Of a stretch of 19,160 nt of DNA, positions 16,874 through 19,160 are shown in pieces. Below the pieces are notes generated by a model, which saw only the letters and a list, made by a program, of their open reading frames with translations, searched no databases and was not told where the DNA came from. The DNA lies in NCBI GenBank assembly GCA_036960565.1, contig JBALXQ010000013.1, positions 96,051-115,210 of the forward strand. The letters run 5' to 3'. The translations under genes were made by a program, and so were the position numbers. The stretch comes from Bermanella sp. Lineage in GTDB: Bacteria; Pseudomonadota; Gammaproteobacteria; Pseudomonadales; Oceanobacteraceae. Position 1 is the stretch's first letter. Each line of letters begins with the position of its first letter.

Positions 16874-17296
16874 ATGGATATAAAGCACTTAGGCGAAGCT
16901 GCTAAGCCCTGCCCATTTTGCCAGATTTTTGCTGGCACCATTAATAAAGAAATACTGTTCGAAAACGAAACAGGCTTTGTAGTACGTGATGGCTTCCCCA
17001 TTACCAAAGGCCACACCCTAGTTATCCCCAAGCACCATGTGGGCAGCTTTTTTAAAATTACTCAGCAACAGCGCCAAGACTTGTTTGCCCTAATAGACCT
17101 AGCCAAAGTCCAGCTTGATAAAGAATTCCAGCCTGAAAGTTACAACATAGGCATAAACGATGGTGAAGCCGCAGGGCAAACCATCCCCCATTTACACATA
17201 CACCTAATTCCCCGTTATACAGAAGCAGGCAAAGACCCACGCGGTGGTGTGCGCTGGTTGGTGCCTGAAAAAGCCGACTATTGGAGCAATCCATGA
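16874..17296 (+). CDS. HIT (histidine triad) family nucleotide hydrolase/transferase
   Basis: Histidine triad motif IPHLHIHLIPR. The KGHTLVIPKHHV region matches the HIT fold. ~140 aa. The track ORF starts at a GTG (16862). The in-frame ATG at 16874 is preferred. The stop overlaps the next gene's ATG. Confidence 0.75.
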   Translation: MDIKHLGEAAKPCPFCQIFAGTINKEILFENETGFVVRDGFPITKGHTLVIPKHHVGSFFKITQQQRQDLFALIDLAKVQLDKEFQPESYNIGINDGEAAGQTIPHLHIHLIPRYTEAGKDPRGGVRWLVPEKADYWSNP

Positions 17297-18639
17297 GCTT
17301 AACCTCTTATCTAGCGGCTTTTTCCAAAATTAAAATGAACGCATCCACGGGCCATAGCAGCCCACATAAAGCGTGTTTGCTACTCGCCATTATGGATTTA
17401 GTGGCAAAAGAGCGTATTGCCAATAACCGCATTTTTTTAAATGACGAACTTACGCAGCACTTTAACCAACACTTTAGCCAAGTGGCCCAAGCCAGTGATA
17501 AAGCCGATATAAGTCAGCCGTTTTTCTATTTGCAGTCATCCAGCTTTTGGCATCACAAAGTTATCGCCAGTTTCGCGCAAGAATATAAACAACGCACAGC
17601 CCCCAAGCAGCGCAATCATGGCGGTATTAACAAAGTAAACCAGCTTATTCAATACGCCCATGTAGACCCCGAATTGTTTGAATACTTTAAAAGCCATACC
17701 GCCCGCGAAGCACTCACCCAAACACTATTAAGTAAGCTAAATTCCCAGCAACAACAAAAGCTACTTATACCAGCCAATGGTTGGAACTGGCATGAGTGTG
17801 AACTTATCGTAAACGACTATTTTGAAATGCTGGCACAAGAACTAAAGGGCAAAAATTACAATAAAGCGCAGCATAATCGCGACCTAGTGCAAGCCATGAA
17901 TGAAAGCCGAAATAGAAGTGCCATTGAGAACAAGCACCAAAATATCAGCGCTATATTAAATGAAATGAGAATGCCCATTATTGATGGCTATAAGCCCCTC
18001 AGTAATTACCAGCGTAATATCCTGCCCGATGTCATTGGTGCAACCTTGGCGCAGCGCCAAGATATTCATAAGCTTATTAAGCAAATAAACCAACAGCCTG
18101 TGGCAGTGCCCACGGTAAAAAACATACTGGATGCATTGGTAGCAACACCCCAAGCCAAAAAAGCGCCCACCAAAAAGAACCAGCAAGCAGAAAAAAGGGC
18201 GCAATACGATGTAAAGCCCTATCCACTGCCTAAAAAAGATTACCTAGCGCAAGAAGCCGTAAACCAAGCGTTAGGCCTAAAGGGTGAAGAATATGTACTT
18301 AACTACGAAAAAGCGCGCTTAATCCTAGCTGGAAAAGAAACCCTAGCCGACAAAATAGAGCACCTAAGCCTAGAAGATGACCGCTACGGTTACGACATTC
18401 ACTCGTACAGTAACAACGGCCAAGACCGCTTAATAGAAGTAAAAACCACCAATTACGACCGTTATACTCGGTTTTATGTGAGCCCCAACGAGTTAAACGT
18501 GTCCAATAAACGGGGGCAAGACTACCACCTATACCGTGTATTTAATTTCAGCACCGCCCCCCAACTATTTATTAGCCAAGGCAGTTTAGAAAGCGGGTAC
18601 AATCTCGCCCCATCTGCCTACGCCGCAAACATAAAGTGA
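17293..18639 (+). CDS. Uncharacterized protein with C-terminal DUF3883-like PD-(D/E)xK nuclease-fold domain, and an N-terminal domain of unknown family
   Basis: C-terminal YDIHSY...(N)...DRLIEVKTT...YHLYRV fits a D...ExK restriction-endonuclease-like core, as seen in DUF3883 domains common in R-M and defence loci. ATG 17293 overlaps the HIT stop (ATGA). The track start at 17281 is a TTG. Confidence 0.6.
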   Translation: MSLTSYLAAFSKIKMNASTGHSSPHKACLLLAIMDLVAKERIANNRIFLNDELTQHFNQHFSQVAQASDKADISQPFFYLQSSSFWHHKVIASFAQEYKQRTAPKQRNHGGINKVNQLIQYAHVDPELFEYFKSHTAREALTQTLLSKLNSQQQQKLLIPANGWNWHECELIVNDYFEMLAQELKGKNYNKAQHNRDLVQAMNESRNRSAIENKHQNISAILNEMRMPIIDGYKPLSNYQRNILPDVIGATLAQRQDIHKLIKQINQQPVAVPTVKNILDALVATPQAKKAPTKKNQQAEKRAQYDVKPYPLPKKDYLAQEAVNQALGLKGEEYVLNYEKARLILAGKETLADKIEHLSLEDDRYGYDIHSYSNNGQDRLIEVKTTNYDRYTRFYVSPNELNVSNKRGQDYHLYRVFNFSTAPQLFISQGSLESGYNLAPSAYAANIK

Positions 18640-18643
18640 ATCT

Positions 18644-19160
18644 ATGACCACCACCCTATTACAAGCGGAAGAACAAACGTTTCTTAATACGCTAGAAAAG
18701 AAACTCTGGACCAGCGCCAACAAGCTATTACCATCGCTTGATGCATCCCAGTACAAGCACGTTATGCTGGGCTTGGTTTTTATAAAGTATGTGAGTGATG
18801 CCTTTGATATTCGCCGCGAACAGCTTAAAACCCAGCTACTAGACCCAAAACACGATTACTACTTCGACCCAGACGAGTTTGAAAACGGCGTAGACGACGA
18901 AGAATACCAAGCCGAAATTCAGCACGAACTAGAGCAGCGCGACTACTACGCCGAGCAAAATGTATTCTGGGTGCCAACCCAAGCGCGCTGGTTATTTTTG
19001 CAAGATAATAACAAGGTCGCCATTGGCGGTGCCGATCTCACCTTTAAAGATAAAAACGGCGAAGACAAAATCTTAAAAGTAAGCTCAGTAGGCCACTTAA
19101 TAGACAACGCCCTAGACGCCATAGAAATAGACAACCCAAAACTGAAAGGCGTACTCAACA
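18644..19160 (+). CDS. hsdM: Type I restriction-modification system DNA methyltransferase subunit HsdM, N-terminal part (truncated by window end)
   Basis: LWTSANKLLPSLDASQYKHVMLGLVFIKYVSDAF is the characteristic HsdM N-terminal domain motif. The ORF is open to the end of the window. Confidence 0.75.
   Translation, partial: MTTTLLQAEEQTFLNTLEKKLWTSANKLLPSLDASQYKHVMLGLVFIKYVSDAFDIRREQLKTQLLDPKHDYYFDPDEFENGVDDEEYQAEIQHELEQRDYYAEQNVFWVPTQARWLFLQDNNKVAIGGADLTFKDKNGEDKILKVSSVGHLIDNALDAIEIDNPKLKGVLN

Noticed and set aside
16682-17294. Minus-strand ORFs 16682..16888 and 17058..17294, and 17536..17721 / 17956..18204
   Set aside because: They overlap the HIT and DUF3883-like genes or lie in their upstream region. 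No RBS or motif. Shadow ORFs.
18946-19158. 70-aa minus-strand ORF
   Set aside because: Antisense to the clearly recognisable hsdM N-terminal domain.

Overview
This window is moderately AT-rich DNA from a Gram-negative gammaproteobacterium; that mutS sits convergently next to a 7Fe ferredoxin fdxA gene suggests a Pseudomonas- or Alteromonadales-like organism. It holds a core mutS/fdxA pair in the middle with apparently accessory DNA on both sides.

Left side, + strand:
- About 1.1 kb of non-coding DNA containing two distinct repeat arrays: four hairpin units sharing a GCAGGAGCA loop at 1-175, and GGATG-type 25-bp tandem repeats at 560-840 next to a very AT-rich stretch.
- An NfeD-like membrane protein and a flotillin-like SPFH/band-7 protein, resembling the YqiJ/YqiK pair, ending in an intrinsic terminator.
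- Immediately after that, a 1764-aa protein with a single AAA+ (AAA_5-like) P-loop module near its C-terminus.
- An MtfA-like HExxH zinc peptidase carrying a C-terminal SEC-C zinc motif.
- A double zinc-ribbon (zf-TFIIB-like) protein.
- A perfect bidirectional terminator separating this cluster from fdxA.

Right side, upstream of mutS:
- A translationally coupled (ATGA overlap) tandem-XRE HTH regulator plus HipA-like Ser/Thr kinase module on the minus strand, bracketed by two ~85-bp, ~90 % identical GA-rich direct repeats.
- Four operator-like direct repeats phased at 49-50 bp in front of that module.
- A HIT-family hydrolase translationally coupled to a protein with a C-terminal PD-(D/E)xK (DUF3883-like) domain.
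- The 5' end of a type I restriction-modification hsdM gene running off the window.

The candidate novel systems are the giant-ATPase / peptidase / zinc-ribbon operon attached to the NfeD-flotillin pair, the repeat-flanked HipA-like module, and the HIT + nuclease pair next to the type I R-M genes. Family assignments are from motif recognition by eye. No homology or HMM searches could be run.
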